A stretch of 63,950 nucleotides of DNA, the filler included, from Octopus bimaculoides (lineage: Eukaryota): NCBI RefSeq assembly GCF_001194135.2. It is 6 parts of 6 records of this genome, joined end to end, with 100 filler letters (N's around TTAATTAATTAA, not from the genome) between each part and the next. Parts side by side here need not be neighbours in the genome. Positions count along the whole stretch, not along the records: positions 62,926 to 63,950 come from NC_068983.1; 5 more parts are not named here. The stretch is one strand, 5' to 3'. Under the pieces are notes generated by a model. It saw only the letters and a list, made by a program, of their open reading frames with translations, ran no database searches and had not been told where the DNA came from. Shown piece after piece: positions 62,975 through 63,950 of this stretch; position 1 is the first letter of the stretch, and each line of letters begins with the position of its first letter. The position numbers and the translations under genes are program-made.

Positions 62975-63950
62975 TACTTAGATTGAGGTACCTTGTTAGG
63001 TCGACATAATCCGCACACCCAAACAATGTTAATCAAATATTGAATATCAAGACTCCGTGCAGGGGTGTTTGTACCTGATATTATTTCCATGTGTGCAGAC
63101 AACGCCACCCAGCTAACTGAAGGTATCCGATCTTGGTGATTCAGACATGTACTTTATAAAGGTACTTTTTATAGTATTTCCGAAATGCAGATTCCAAGGT
63201 AGGTGCACAGAATATAAATGAGTGATAAGGATGTAGAGGTGTCAGTTAATTACGACCGTTTCAAGCAGCTCCTTTAATTGATTAACAAAAACATTATATC
63301 GATTTGGAAGAAACCGTTCTCGTCAGATGATCACATAGACTTCAGACATAAAGATATGACAATTTTTTAAATAACATATTTACATTAATAATGGAACTCA
63401 AAATGTTTACATTGTTTCTTTTGTTAAATCTGTGGCAGAATAAATTTAGAAAACAATGTATACCACGACAAGCCTATTATAATTTAGAGAGTAGCAGAGG
63501 AAATAGTGGGGGGTTAGAATAAAATGAGTGGTGACCCAGTTACTTATATTTAGAAGCCGTTATGTAGAATGCAATCTTCAACCATTTAGAATGAATTCCA
63601 TTGGGAGTTGACAACTGTATTCTAGTTAATGGTGATAAATGAATTAATGTCAGACAATCTACTAGATTCTTAATGTACTGGAACCATATATCTCGCTTTA
63701 TCTACACAAAAGTGTCGGTTGTAGGATTAGAAGTAAGAGAAAGCCTGACAGGGAAGGGGTGATAAATGGAAGAAAGAATGATAGGGGTGGGAAATACGTC
63801 TTTGGATTATCAACTTCAAGGGGAATATAATGAAAACCCAAAAGAGACAAGAAATATAAACTCTAGGGATGGAAATTAGAAATCAAGGATACGGGAGGTA
63901 GTAATTCATAATTTAGCAAATTATATATATGCATATATATATATATATAT
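62975..63950 (-). mobile_element. Possible highly decayed Penelope-like fragment
   Basis: Weak GIY-YIG-like remnant (IQYLI..C..DYVDLTR) near 62990-63050, thumb-like fragments and hammerhead-like remnants; heavily frameshifted. Confidence 0.3.

Overview
AT-rich, repeat-dense animal genomic DNA. The SINE families, microsatellites and TTAGGG repeats suggest a coleoid cephalopod, probably Octopus (inferred from recalled repeat families, not from a search). The window is not one contiguous sequence: five artificial 100-bp spacers (44 N + TTAATTAATTAA + 44 N) split it into six joined pieces, and there are many other N gaps. The only host gene I can support is the 5' part of EPG5 (autophagy tether), with two phase-0 coding exons at 5968-7278 and 15372-15539. 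No further EPG5 exons are recognisable after the first spacer. The rest is transposon-derived or simple repeat: four SINE-like families, Tc1 and mariner fossils, a mariner MITE, a Merlin (IS1595-like) transposase fossil, Penelope-like fragments, RTE LINE ends and a Helitron-like start. The most interesting signals are: (1) a Merlin-type non-autonomous family (28-bp GGATC TIR, 8-bp TSD) carrying telomeric repeats, one copy of which is a near-perfect fold-back with (TTAGGG)n facing (CCCTAA)n, plus a Merlin transposase fossil in the same window; (2) a minimal hammerhead-ribozyme-like motif with a compensatory A3-U8 core pair, and further degenerate hammerhead-like remnants; (3) CpG decay in repeats inside the EPG5 segment but not in matched copies elsewhere, consistent with gene-body methylation. 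Almost all long ORFs in the supplied track are artefacts of N runs or microsatellites.
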